Source of the DNA: Podarcis bocagei
Lineage: Eukaryota
Reading direction: 5' to 3' (one strand)
Assembly: GCA_964188305.1 (NCBI GenBank)
Contig: OZ076899.1
Length of the DNA: 64,000 bases
Shown here: piece by piece, positions 31,852-42,876 of the stretch
Position numbering within the stretch: position 1 is the stretch's first letter
How the letters are laid out: each line of letters opens with the position of its first letter
The notes under the pieces: generated by a model
What the model saw: only the letters and a program-made list of their open reading frames with translations
Databases searched by the model: none
Told to the model about the DNA's origin: nothing
Translations under genes and position numbers: made by a program

Positions 31852-34352
31852 TAGACTAGGGTAACACAGACCAGGTTGCCTGGTCAGTTTCATCAATGAT
31901 TTGAACCTGCCTCTTACATGATTCATGTTGCCTTCTTGAGGGCAATGAGGCAGATCTGGTGCTGTGCCCCGAGTTTTGGTACCACCCAGAAGCAGGCTGA
32001 AGCAACCGCCTCAGGTGGCAGAATCCGTGGGGTAGCGCCCCACCCACTGCCGCCACCCAAGAAGTGAGGGCAGGTTCCAGAAAGAGCTCTGCAATTATTC
32101 TAGTGCAATGGAAAACGTGACATGTTCTAAATCCTTTATTTAAGAAGCACGAAGGGCTCCCCATCCAGACAGCTCCTCTGTCTGTCTCCAGTTAGGCCTA
32201 GCATGGGGAATCTTTTTCGGCCAGAGGGCTGTATCCCTTTCTGGGCAACCTTCTGAAGGCAGAAATGAACACAGGAACAAATGTAAATGTTAACAGTATT
32301 TATATGCAGCCCTTTAGGCATAAAGTCTCCTAAGAGGGGCTTGCAAAAATCAACAACCAAAGTTTACCTTTGTACTGTACAGTAGTTTCTATGCACTCAC
32401 AATTCTCCATCTTTCATCTAGAGAAGGAAGAGGAATTATGAAAGTTCAGTGACACATTTGAGACAGGCAAAAATAATTGAGGTATGAAGCAGTGCCAGGG
32501 GAGAGGGTGTGGCTGGGGGCGGGGTTCAAAGTCCAGGGAGATAGCATTCAGCCTGTTGGCCTGAGATTCCCCAGCTTGCTAGGCCCTATAATGTTGTATA
32601 GATGTTACCAAGGAAAATCCTCAGAAGGTGCCAAACCAATTTCTTAGGAAGGGATAAAAGGAAGTCTCAAGCAGATGTGGAAATATTTTCGGCCTCACAA
32701 ATTTGAGGCATGAGGCATTTCCTAAACAGACTGTTTTACCAACACCGAAAGGATGACATTATACAACAGAGTGGAGGAAAACTTGAGGGGAACCTAAAGG
32801 CCTCAGCAGCAGCCTTTTGAAGCAGGGGTAGTCAGATGGTAGAGTAGAATCTACTAGTAGATCTCTGGTGATGTTTGGCAGTTAGCTCATAAATGGTTTG
32901 TGCTTGCAAAGGAGCATCAGCACCAACCAAGTCTTTTTCTCCTCTTAAACTAGCTAGCTCAAATCAAGAAAGCCTGGGAAGACTGAAGATTTGTCTTTTT
33001 TAAAAAAGGGGGGGTCTAGATCTGGTAAGGAAAATAAATTTAAACTGAGTATGTGCTGAAGGCTGTTATGCTATTCTACACCTGTATTCCCGAGCCACTG
33101 TTTTGCATCTGGCTCTGTTTGAAAGTTCAAAACTGAATTCTGCCCACTTGTGTCTTAAGACATCAATAAGTTAGCTCCAATTTTGCTATGACTTTATTTT
33201 CCTGGTTAGATGAATGGAGAAAAGCAGACAGGGGCCTTACATACACATTCAATAATTGCCATTTTTTTCTTCTACTAACATTTTTATTCAACTTTTAGCT
33301 CTCTAGATAATACATTTATTATCCATCTACATTACGTATCAACGCAATCAACATTAACCAAAAAAAGGCTGGTACATGGAACTTATTTCCCCTCCCTCCA
33401 AGTCTTTTCTCTACCTTCCCACCCTACATGGCTCCCTCCTAAATCATATTACAACATTGCTTTCCCTTCACGCAAAACACTGCACTCCTACCCAAACTAG
33501 GTAAAGTTGGTTTAGTTATCCTGTCTAAAATAAACACACAAAATCGGGGAGTGGGGGGTGGGTAGAACTTATGGGAAAGTGTGATGTTTTTGAAACAAAC
33601 CGGTTCCTGTCACTTAAGCTATCACTAAATCATTCCAAAATTGTTTTATATTTCACCATGTTGTTGCTAGTGCCCATAACTGCTAGATACAGGAACTGCC
33701 ATCACAGACTTCCAATGACTAAATATAATTCATTTTGCAACTATAAGTTCTCACTTTTCTCAGGATTTGTGTGCTGCTTCTAATGTCCAAACTGAAGGTA
33801 TAATGTCAAATAAGGTATTCATGAATGGGAAAATACTTACTACAATGATAACTAAGTTGGCATACCGAAATGTTTCAACCCAAGGAGCAGTAATAGATAA
33901 TGTTGCTCCTTTCACCTGCTGAAGAAAGCCTGCTTCAGGGATTTCTCTTTTCACTAGCCTTAGTAAGAGACTTTGTTTCTTCTCCTAAGGCAGAGATCTT
34001 ATGAGGTTGCTCTAATGAGTCCAAAAATGGTTTTTCGTTCGTTTGTCACAAGAGATCCAACAGGCATGTTTAAGTGTTGAACGCCACCCTCGTGTCCTTA
34101 TGCAGATAAGTTATCTGCACCATGTTACATACTAGTATGGCAGTAAAAAATGAGCCACATCCCACCCCTAGCATTCAAAAATGTTAGATGTGCGTGAAGA
34201 GAGAAAGACTGCTTTTTATTGTTGCGAGCCAATTAGTAAGAGAGTGATGATAAAAATAATATTTGTGTTAATTCTAGTTAGAAGACTTTCTATCCCTTGC
34301 TGCCAATGCTGCCAACACAGTTATGGCCTTTCGGGCTTCACTATAGGCAATA

Positions 34353-34669
34353 CAGTGGTGCCCCGCAAGACGAATGCCTCGCAAGACGGAAAACTCGCTA
34401 GACGAAAGAGTTTTCCGTTTTGGAGGTGCTTCGCAAAACGAATTTCCTATGGGCTTGCTTCGCAAGATGACAATGTCTTGCGAGTTCCTGCTGGTTTTTT
34501 TTCTCCCCCCCTTTTTCTAAGCTGCTTATCAGCTGATCCGATCAGCAGATAAGCCACTAAAAGCCGCTAATAGCGCTAATCCGTCAATGGGCTTGCTTCG
34601 CAAGACGAAAAAACCGCTAGACGAAGAGAATCACAGAACGGATTCTTTTCGTCTTGCGAGGCACCACTG
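34353..34669. mobile_element. Tc1/mariner MITE, family B
   Basis: TIR CAGTGGTGCCYCGCAAGACGAA, TA flanks, internal repeats of CGCAAGACG. Confidence 0.85.
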
Positions 34670-34726
34670 TATATCACAAGAGCAACTTAAAAACTTTGTC
34701 CTTTTGAGACACATTTACAAAAAATG

Positions 34727-34732
34727 TTTACT
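34727..34732 (-). terminator. ARL6IP1: Candidate distal ARL6IP1 poly(A) signal (variant AGTAAA)
   Basis: Minus strand TGTACGTAATTC-AGTAAA-CATTTTTTGTAAATGTGTCTCA then a U-rich tract. A canonical AATAAA also lies at 35285-35290. Confidence 0.45.
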
Positions 34733-35685
34733 GAATTACGTACAGTGTTTCAGAGAAAACTGAAAGGTTGGGAACTTAGAATGAAAAGCAGCTACCATCT
34801 GTAAGGCAGTAATGTAAGCAGCAGATCTCATTTTGTCAAAAAAGATAATAATGAAACAAAGTTTCAAGATTTCTCAAGTCTATATTTTCAAACGTAAGAT
34901 AACACTGTTCATCAATTTACAATTAAGACAGAAGTTTGCCTGTTAAACAGAAATTTAAGATGCCTATCATTTTAACAGGTTACAAACTTTTACTTAAGAA
35001 ATGTGTAGTAAAAACAAAATAGCATTAAGAAAACACAAATAACTCCAGAGACTTGTTGGCAAGACAGACGCATCACGTATTTTCAACATGATTTTATATA
35101 AGACCATATTTTTAAAAAACGACAGACATGTTTCACAACACCAAAACTAGAGCTATTTAAATAATAGAAGCAATGAAGTTGACTGTCTGTGCATCCTGAC
35201 TTAAGTTTTTCATTCAGTTTCAGTGCAATTAAGTTGCATTGCAGAGCTACAACTATAACTGGGATTCAGAGTTTAGGAGCTTTGTTTATTCAAATCACCT
35301 GTCACCTACAACATTGTACGTTTAGCAATTTAATCTAGAGGGCATTTTGAAGTAAATCTAGACAGTCCAAGAGGGTCCTTAAAATGCTCAAGAGGAATGG
35401 AAAATGTTACCCAGTTCACCACCACCAGTTGTTATTGATCAGTCTTATTACAGTATTGAAGTTGCTAGTCACACTTACTGTAAGAATAACTGTCCGTGTT
35501 AGAAGACTATTAGTTTGTGACTGAGGGACCATACAGTTCCTGTTTAAACAGCATAAGAAGGGCCCTTGTTTAAAATCAAAAAGCGATGACTGAAATAAGC
35601 ACTTCTATACTATTAAACACACAATAATTCGTTGAATTGTTCCCAGAACACAATTATACTATAGAGTGAATTAGCAAGCAATGTT

Positions 35686-35804
35686 TCATTCGTTTTTCTT
35701 CTCCTTTTGCTTCAGGAGTTTGTTGACCTCCCTTTTTGCCATTCCAGCATATTTTGAAATTATTCCGTGCTTGTTTAACCCAGGAAACAACAAGAAGCAG
35801 CTCA
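35686..35804 (-). CDS. ARL6IP1: ARL6IP1 exon 6 coding part
   Basis: (V)SCFLLFPGLNKHGIISKYAGMAKREVNKLLKQKEKKNE then TGA. Confidence 0.96.
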
Positions 35805-38800
35805 CTAGGGGAGAGTAAAGAAGAAGTTATCACCAGCTATGTTCATTTGCAAATTCATCCCCCATACCGACTCATCAAATTTATGTTGCAATCGCTTCAT
35901 TACAGGCATCCCAACTACAAATATCTCCCCCATTCTCTATTATGGAAAAACACAGCAATATATTAATCTGCACCACTTACCAATAAGGTAGGTGAGGAAG
36001 AGGTTATGAACTTGCTGTCCTATCCAAGCAATCACAGCTAAGGAACAGAGCATTGTCATGAAGTACTAGAAGAGAATTAAGAATGGTAGCAGTCCTTAAA
36101 AGTAAGTTATGAAGGCATGATAGTTACCTCTCTAAGTACTTTCCCTGCTGCTATTAAAAGCAGCATTATTGATTTAGCATGGATTCTGAATGAGTGAACA
36201 AACAAACACACTTAGCAGTATATCTCATTCACTTCAGTGGAAATTTATTTCAAGCAAGTAGGTTTTAGGAGCTTAGATTATATTGTTATTGGCTTGCTGG
36301 ATGCATTAGGACAGGGGTCTGCAACCTTTAAGACAAAAAGAGCCACTTGGACCCGTTTCCGAAGAGAAAAAAAACTGGGAGCCACAAAACTCGTCATTAT
36401 AAAAATAACTTTTTTGTCACTTTTTTATTATTTCTTTGTTTGACCCCTCAGAATTACTCCTCCTCATAGAAATAAACGTTAAATTAACAAGTTACCTTTT
36501 TGTGTGTGTGTGTTCTTCACTCCCCTTCAAAACAGTGACCAGCGTACATGCCCCCTTTCAATGCAGTGACCAGCGTACATGCTCCTTACAATGTAGCGGG
36601 CGGGTGGGCGGGAAGGTGACGTCGGGACGGTGCGTGACTAACGCACGCACCGCCCCCATGCGACGTCACAGCCAGTACAGCGCCCGCCACAGTGGGGAGT
36701 GTCGGGGCGCACAATACGCCTCCTCCCCTCGCTTGTATCCGCCCTGGAGCCGCGGCAAAGGTGTAAAAGAGCCACATGCGGCTCCGGAGCCGCGGGTTGC
36801 AGACCCCTGCATTAGGACGATGTTATAAATTGCAGACAGGAATATATTTGCATACCACTACAATAACTGTCCTAGAGACTATGAAGCAAAAAACAACCAA
36901 AAAGTGCCTGAAACAAAAGTGGGGGGGGGGAGAGTAAAATACTCAAATCAAGATACCATAAAAAGCTCTGATCAGATGGTGTGTGCACTTACTAAAGCAT
37001 TTTAGGTAAGAAAAAGGGATTTTCATTTAAAAAACAAATATACATGCCAGTCACCAAAAGCATTTGTTTTTGTATATGTAAGGCAGAATGGATTTATAAA
37101 GCAACATCCAATTTGCAATAAGGATGAAACATTTTCAGAGAAGCACATATATTACCATTTTAGGCTTTTCCTCCTTAAATGTGAAAAGACGTTTCCACCA
37201 ACCAACAATTCCACGCCGTGTTTTTACCAGGTTGCTACAAATTTCATGGAACCGCTGCTGTTGTTCAGTAGTCCTTTAAAGAAATTATTTTGAACAAAAC
37301 TCTTGATATTATGGTCTTGCCTCCACTTTAGAAACTGCACATGAGCAACCATTATCATCTCGACCTCCCGCCACCCAGTTCAAAATTTGATGCCATTTTA
37401 ATGTCCCGTTCATATATGTACAATATATATTTCTTTGATTCTCTACTATAACTATTCACTGTTAGGGTGATCAACAAATCCAAGAATGAGAAGATCATAT
37501 ATATTTTAATGGACTAAAACTTGCATTAATTTGCAGTTGACATGTGTTCTGAATGACCAGATATTATGAAGAATTTACCATTAACTGCAAATCTGTGTCC
37601 TATTCAGCAAATCACCATTTCCAGCAAAGAGGTTCTTCAGCTATCTCAAAACTTTCAGTTAGATGGCAACATCTTTATATATATTTACACCCCAAGAATC
37701 CATGACAGCCAGTTGTTTAAAGGCTACAGCTGTTTTTAGTCTACTACAGTGGTGTCTCACAAGACGAAAATAATCCATTCCGCGAGTCTCTTCGTCTAGC
37801 GGTTTTTTCGTCTTGCGAAGTAACCCTATTAGCGGCTTAGCGGATTAGTGCTATTAGCAGTTTAGCGGCTATTAAAGGCTTAGCGTCTTAGCGGCTAAAA
37901 GGCTATTAGCGGCTTAGCGGCTTAGAAAAAGGGGGGGAGCGGGGGAAAATCGGAACACTCGCAAGACGTTTTCGTCTTGCGAAGCAAGCCCATAGGGAAA
38001 TTCGTCTTGCGAAGCAGCTCAAAAACGGAAAACCCTTTCGTCTAGCGGGTTTTCCGTCTTGCAAGGCATTCGTCTTGCGGGGCACCACTGTATCAATGTG
38101 CATGGTGCTGTAGAGAGTAACATAAGGGGGGTGGGAACAGGAGGAAAAGATAGGTTCCTGCCTCAATGACCTTGCAGTCTAAACATAATTATACAAGCAA
38201 AGGTATCAAACAGAAAAAAGAGACAACCGAGCCTTTAGTATAATAGATATTGTTGCTCTAGGTCAGGCATAGGCAAATGGTCCTCCAGATGTTTTGGGAC
38301 TACAACTCTCATCATCCCTAGCTAAAAGGACCAGTGATCAGGGATGATGGGAACTGTAGTCCCAAAACATCTGGAGGGCCGAGTTTGCCTATGCCTGCTC
38401 TAGGTAGCAGAACAACACTAGTTATGTCAGAACACTAGGTAGAAGGATTTTTGTTCAGGACTGATGCACATAGTTAACACTGAATATATGTTGGTTCAAT
38501 TCTATTCTTGCTAAATGTTATACTTAAGGGACTGTCAAACAACATACCATTTACTGGAGCCAAAAATTCTAGGAGCAAGAGCAGGTACAAGGTAGTCAGC
38601 CAAACAAAGCAGCATAACAAAGCAAGAAACACCTGAAAGAACAGATGGGTCCAAGTAGTAGATCATCCTGTTGGGGCAAGAAAAATGTTGTTATCTAGCG
38701 GCAAAACATTTAACAATGTGATTAAAGGAGGTGTGGAGAAGAAGCAGCCTCCAAATTTTATTTTGAAGTACCCAACTCCCATCAGCCCCAGCCAACATAG

Positions 38801-40489
38801 CCAAGTGGTTGAGAAATAATGCCTCAATTTAGTTTCTGCAATGGCATAATCACCAATGGGAGAGTAGGTTGGAAGGAGAGAGAAAATGGAAGTTTGGAAG
38901 GAATAAAAAGTTGTTGCTCTTCCCTATCATTTCCAATTAATAGGCCCTTCTATGAAATAAAATGACTAGGAATGCCCCCAAATTTGAACATATATTTGGT
39001 TTGTTTATAGCAGCATTGTTTTTCCAGCTGCATAAAACTTCCCATGTACTTTTTATACAGCAGAGCAGTACTGAGAATTTCAGGAAAGTAACTACTAGCT
39101 TAACTGTCTTTAGCATTATTATTTTTTGTAACATTCTCTCCAATAACTTACAGAAAGATGAAGGAAACTACAGCAATCATAGCAGGTGGAAACCATGGTT
39201 TTTCCCAACGAAGGATTTTGTCTGTCACCAGAATCACTTCACCCCATCCTTGCAACTGCTCTTCCAAGCTAGCTGTCTCTGCAGCCTGTGAATAAAAGCA
39301 TTTTAACATATGTAATTGCCCCAGGCAGAAAAATGCTTACACAATGCATATGCTTCATTGGACATGTAGGCTATCTTATGTTAGACAATATAACAGCTTT
39401 ATCCTTACTTTGCTTTACAGAATATAACTCAGTTTTTCTATGTCTGCATCCTCTTAACTGGTCCTTTTAATTTGAAGCTTTATGTCTATCATGCAACAAA
39501 ATATCTGGTTACTCCCAACTAGGAGAACAGTGCCATATTCCTAGGATATATTTCTACATACTGAAACTTCAATCTAGAGTTCCCATGAGCAGAACAGGAC
39601 GCTCTGGCTAGAGCAAAAGGGTTGTGGATGCAATTTACACCAATTCTTCCTTCCTCCTGCAGCCAATGAAAAGCTGCTCTAGAGGTTTGGGGATTCCTTA
39701 AGGTCGGAGGGGAAAGGGGAAATTGGCAGAAATTGTCTTTCCCACATTCCTCAAGCGGGAGCCTCTTCTAGAACCACAATGATAACTCTAAATCCAGTAG
39801 TTAGGATTTTTCTTAACAACGAGCTATTCTACCTGCCATTTATTGTTATGGCACCATTCTGTGAAAACTGTGCTCCAGGACCTTATTTTGAGACTTGTTC
39901 TGATTCCAGCTTGGATATTAGGATAAAATTTATCTGGCTTATGGAGAACCCAAATCTTATGATCTTGAACTTGGGCAGCATGAGAAAGTAACTCAATATA
40001 AACAAAATATTTAATTTCTTTTTTTGCAAGCATATTTGAAATTAAACTGTTTTTACATTATTTATTATCCTAACAGTGTTAAATGTTATGCAAGGTTCTG
40101 TGTGCAAAATTGGATTTACCAAAATTTTAATTAACTCTGAATAACTGTTACTTTGGAAATCCTACACAGCTGTGTTTTGTACTGGTTGCTGTCTCAGCCC
40201 AGGACCATAAACTGAAGATTTGTGAACAGTATGTAGGTGAAACTTTCATAATGAACCATGAAGGGGGGTGGGAGAGACCTGCCACTGAGGTCTACACACT
40301 GTATAAAACTCCTCCTAGTCTAGCATGTTTAATGCTTCCTTATTTTGAAATCTAATTTCTGTTCTTCAATTTCTGTCCATTTCCTAACATGGCCTTCTAG
40401 ATCAGCAAGATATAGGGAGTTCTAGCCAATAAATTTTGTTTCTAAACATTTCTCTCTTCCCTTGAAGCTTAGATCTGTGAATATTCCAT

Positions 40490-40522
<33 letters not shown>

Positions 40523-42236
40523 AACTCATGTCTTTGAAATGATTCAGTCACAAGACAAACTAAACTGTTCTGCCTGGGTTAAAATCTCTCCTTCCCATCA
40601 AGTTCACTCAAGTTATATTGGGCCATCTATGCGCACACAGCCTCAGTGGCTGCATAGGGCCATTATAAAACAGGGGGAGACTCAAGTGCACTGTCTTCAA
40701 CTCAAAAAGCAGGGTATACTAAGCATATGACATAGTGAAAAATGTAGCAGATAACACTGTGGATACAAATGATCTGCATTTCAAACTCAAAGAAAAGGCA
40801 CACACAGTATCTGCGCTCCTCTGTTCATCAACCATAATGCTCAGTGCTGTGCACCTGACTTTCAACCACCTATCCCTGAAGCGCTGCAGCTCCTTTGACA
40901 GCCTAAACAAAGCACCCTGCTTATTTCTGCTCCTATTAGCATAAGCAGGCTGGCCAGGTGTGTCTCTAATACTACAAAGGAAGATGACATAGCAGAGTCC
41001 TACTGGAGAAACCGGAAAATGAAACCTGATCTTTTTCAAGATGGCTTGCCTAGAATATTTTTTAATGTATTATTTGGTGGGAAGAAAAGCCTCCATCCCT
41101 ACCCATTTGTAAGAAGGCTATTTTCCCTTTCAGCTCTGCAATTCTGATCCCACGTTCCTACAAAACACTACTGCTGCCTCTGCCAGCTTCTAAAACCTTG
41201 TGCATCAGCAAAATATAATGGGTTCTCTCCTGATTTTGGATCCTTCCACAGCTCTCAAAAGGCGAAATTTGAGGTGACATATTTACCTTGGAATAAACCC
41301 AATTTACTCAGGCCTTCAATCTGAGTAAACATGACTAGACCGTGGGGTGTTATTTAAGTTCCAGAAGGACAGTTTCATACAGCCAACACACAAACAACCT
41401 CGGGGCACCTTTAAGGCTTATGGTGGCAGAAGCTTCACAGGCTAAAACCCCATTAATCAAATGCACAAAATGTTATTATCCATCCGTATGTGTATGTATA
41501 TGTATATATATACACACACACACATATCTATTTACACACAGGTGAGTGTTAATACAAATATGCACATACTGATAGGTAACAACGTGTGTGTGAAAGAAGA
41601 CATTCATACACACACCATCAAACAACCACTTCGTGCATCCGACGAAGCAGCCTTCAGTCCACAAAAGCTTCTGCCATCAAAAATCTGCGGGTCTTAGAAT
41701 CGCAGAATTGTGGCGTCGGAAGGCGCCCGAGGGTCATCCAGCCCAACCCCCTGCATTGCAGTAAACCTAAGTCTTGAAGAGCGCCATAAGATTCTTTGGT
41801 GTGCCTGTTACACTTTCGAAGTTTCGTCACTTCGCCCCTTGCAGCCCCCTCTACTCTATGAAGCAGTTCGCAACCTCCACCCCTCAAAGAAAGAGTTGCA
41901 CAAATGGCGCAAACCTCCCACCCACCCACCCCCCACTTTAAAATAACGCAGAATAGGAATGGCGGGGCTGGGAGTGGGGGTGAAGAGGCCGCTATGGCAG
42001 CCTCGCAAGACGTGCATGGAGACAGAAGAGTCAGCCCCTCCCTCTTCCTGCGTAAAAACAAGCGCCCCTCCGCAGATGCTCCTCGCAGGACACAGCCCAA
42101 GGAAGCACCCCCGCTTCCTTCCTTCCCATATCTTGAGGGAAGTGAGGGCCTCAACTCGCCCCCCCCCCACCCAATGTGCTTCGCCTCAGCGCTCACCCAC
42201 CAGCTGGTTGGTGCTCCTATTGTCGCCCTCCGCCAT
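35686..42236 (-). CDS. ARL6IP1: ADP-ribosylation factor-like 6 interacting protein 1 (ER-shaping membrane protein); join(42201-42236, 39152-39285, 38548-38667, 37156-37273, 35981-36065, 35686-35804), 203 aa
   Basis: 36+134+120+118+85+119 = 612 nt, all GT-AG, continuous frame; MAEGDNRSTNQLAAETASLEEQLQGWGEV...KLLKQKEKKNE* with a C-terminal KKxx ER-retrieval motif; sits between SMG1 and RPS15A as in other amniotes. Not visible in the ORF track. Confidence 0.97.
35981..36065 (-). CDS. ARL6IP1: ARL6IP1 exon 5
   Basis: YFMTMLCSLAVIAWIGQQVHNLFLTYLI, ends in phase 1; TAG acceptor, GTAAGT donor. Confidence 0.96.
36312..36809. mobile_element. Young non-autonomous hAT (Charlie-like) element, ARL6IP1 intron 4
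   Basis: Perfect 15-bp TIR CAGGGGTCTGCAACC; 8-bp TSD CATTAGGA at 36304-36311 and 36810-36817; CpG retained. Confidence 0.9.
37156..37273 (-). CDS. ARL6IP1: ARL6IP1 exon 4
   Basis: TTEQQQRFHEICSNLVKTRRGIVGWWKRLFTFKEEKPKM; AAG acceptor, GTAATA donor. Confidence 0.96.
37747..38090. mobile_element. Tc1/mariner MITE, family B (opposite orientation), ARL6IP1 intron 3
   Basis: Same TIR, TA flanks, internal TAGCGGCT repeats. Confidence 0.85.
38264..38397. mobile_element. Palindromic hAT MITE, ARL6IP1 intron 3
   Basis: TIR CAGGCATAGGCAAA; 8-bp TSD CTCTAGGT. Confidence 0.9.
38548..38667 (-). CDS. ARL6IP1: ARL6IP1 exon 3
   Basis: MIYYLDPSVLSGVSCFVMLLCLADYLVPALAPRIFGSSK(W); CAG acceptor, GTATGT donor. 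Confidence 0.96.
39152..39285 (-). CDS. ARL6IP1: ARL6IP1 exon 2
   Basis: AAETASLEEQLQGWGEVILVTDKILRWEKPWFPPAMIAVVSFIF(L); CAG acceptor, GTAAGT donor. Confidence 0.96.
40490..40518. repeat. (CA)n microsatellite
   Basis: About 14 units. Confidence 0.95.
41393..41805. mobile_element. Degenerate Penelope-like element remnant (inverted pseudo-LTR pair) interrupted by a CR1-tailed SINE fragment (41696-41770)
   Basis: GTGCAT..GA..AA...AAGCTTCTGCCA on both strands (41393-41466 inverted against 41633-41690); 5-bp GTCTT duplication around the insert. Confidence 0.5.
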
Positions 42237-42700
42237 TTTGTGTGGCCCAGACAGCTGCTTTCGGCAGACTCCTTCTCTCCCACCCCTCGCAAACCGTCAC
42301 GGGTTAAGCCCCGCCTCCTCCGCCTAGCCTTCCAGGCCACGCCCCCTCCCGAAGCAACACCTCCTTTCTGCTTCCCCGTCGGCCTCGCGAGCAAGAACCC
42401 TTCGCCGCCTCGCCCTCCTTCCCCTTTTATGAGCTCGGCGGCCCCGCCCCTCCCGCCTCCCCGACGCTTTCCATTGGATAAGGACCATCTCACTCCCCTA
42501 ACCAGCGTCCTCTGCCCGTTCGCCTTTGAATTTGGACCAATCAGCTCCCTCCTTCTGCTCGTCATGACTTCGGGCGCGTGAGGAGAGACGTCGCGTTGTT
42601 CCTTTGACGTTCCGCAGCAGAAACCGTTTAACGGGTTTTTGGAGGGGGATTCCGGAGTGGGGTGGGGTGGGGGTGGGGAAGGACTCCTTAGCGCCTTTCC
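41800..42700 (-). promoter_or_regulatory. ARL6IP1: ARL6IP1 CpG-island promoter
   Basis: GC boxes at about 42308, 42337 and 42441; CCAAT boxes at about 42473 and 42537; CTCGCGAG at about 42384; dense CpG around exon 1. Confidence 0.85.
42201..42236 (-). CDS. ARL6IP1: ARL6IP1 exon 1 coding part
   Basis: MAEGDNRSTNQL; Kozak AAAATGG; donor GTGGGT. Confidence 0.95.
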
Positions 42701-42876
42701 AAGTAGAAGCAAACTGGCCCCTTATGGGGGGTATTGTGGGAGTTGTTCCCACAGGTTTTCCCAGCTGGATAAATGAGTCTTTGCCATGAGTGTCTATTTT
42801 ATGCATTACTTACTACATTTATTATTTTTCCTCAAAGGAGTTCAAGGTGGCCTATGTGGGTTCTCCCTCTCCCTAT

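Noticed and set aside
41654-42712. 352-aa minus-strand ORF and overlapping 225-aa plus-strand ORF
   Set aside because: Low-complexity G/R/P-rich products of a stop-poor CpG island; the real ARL6IP1 exon 1 uses another frame.
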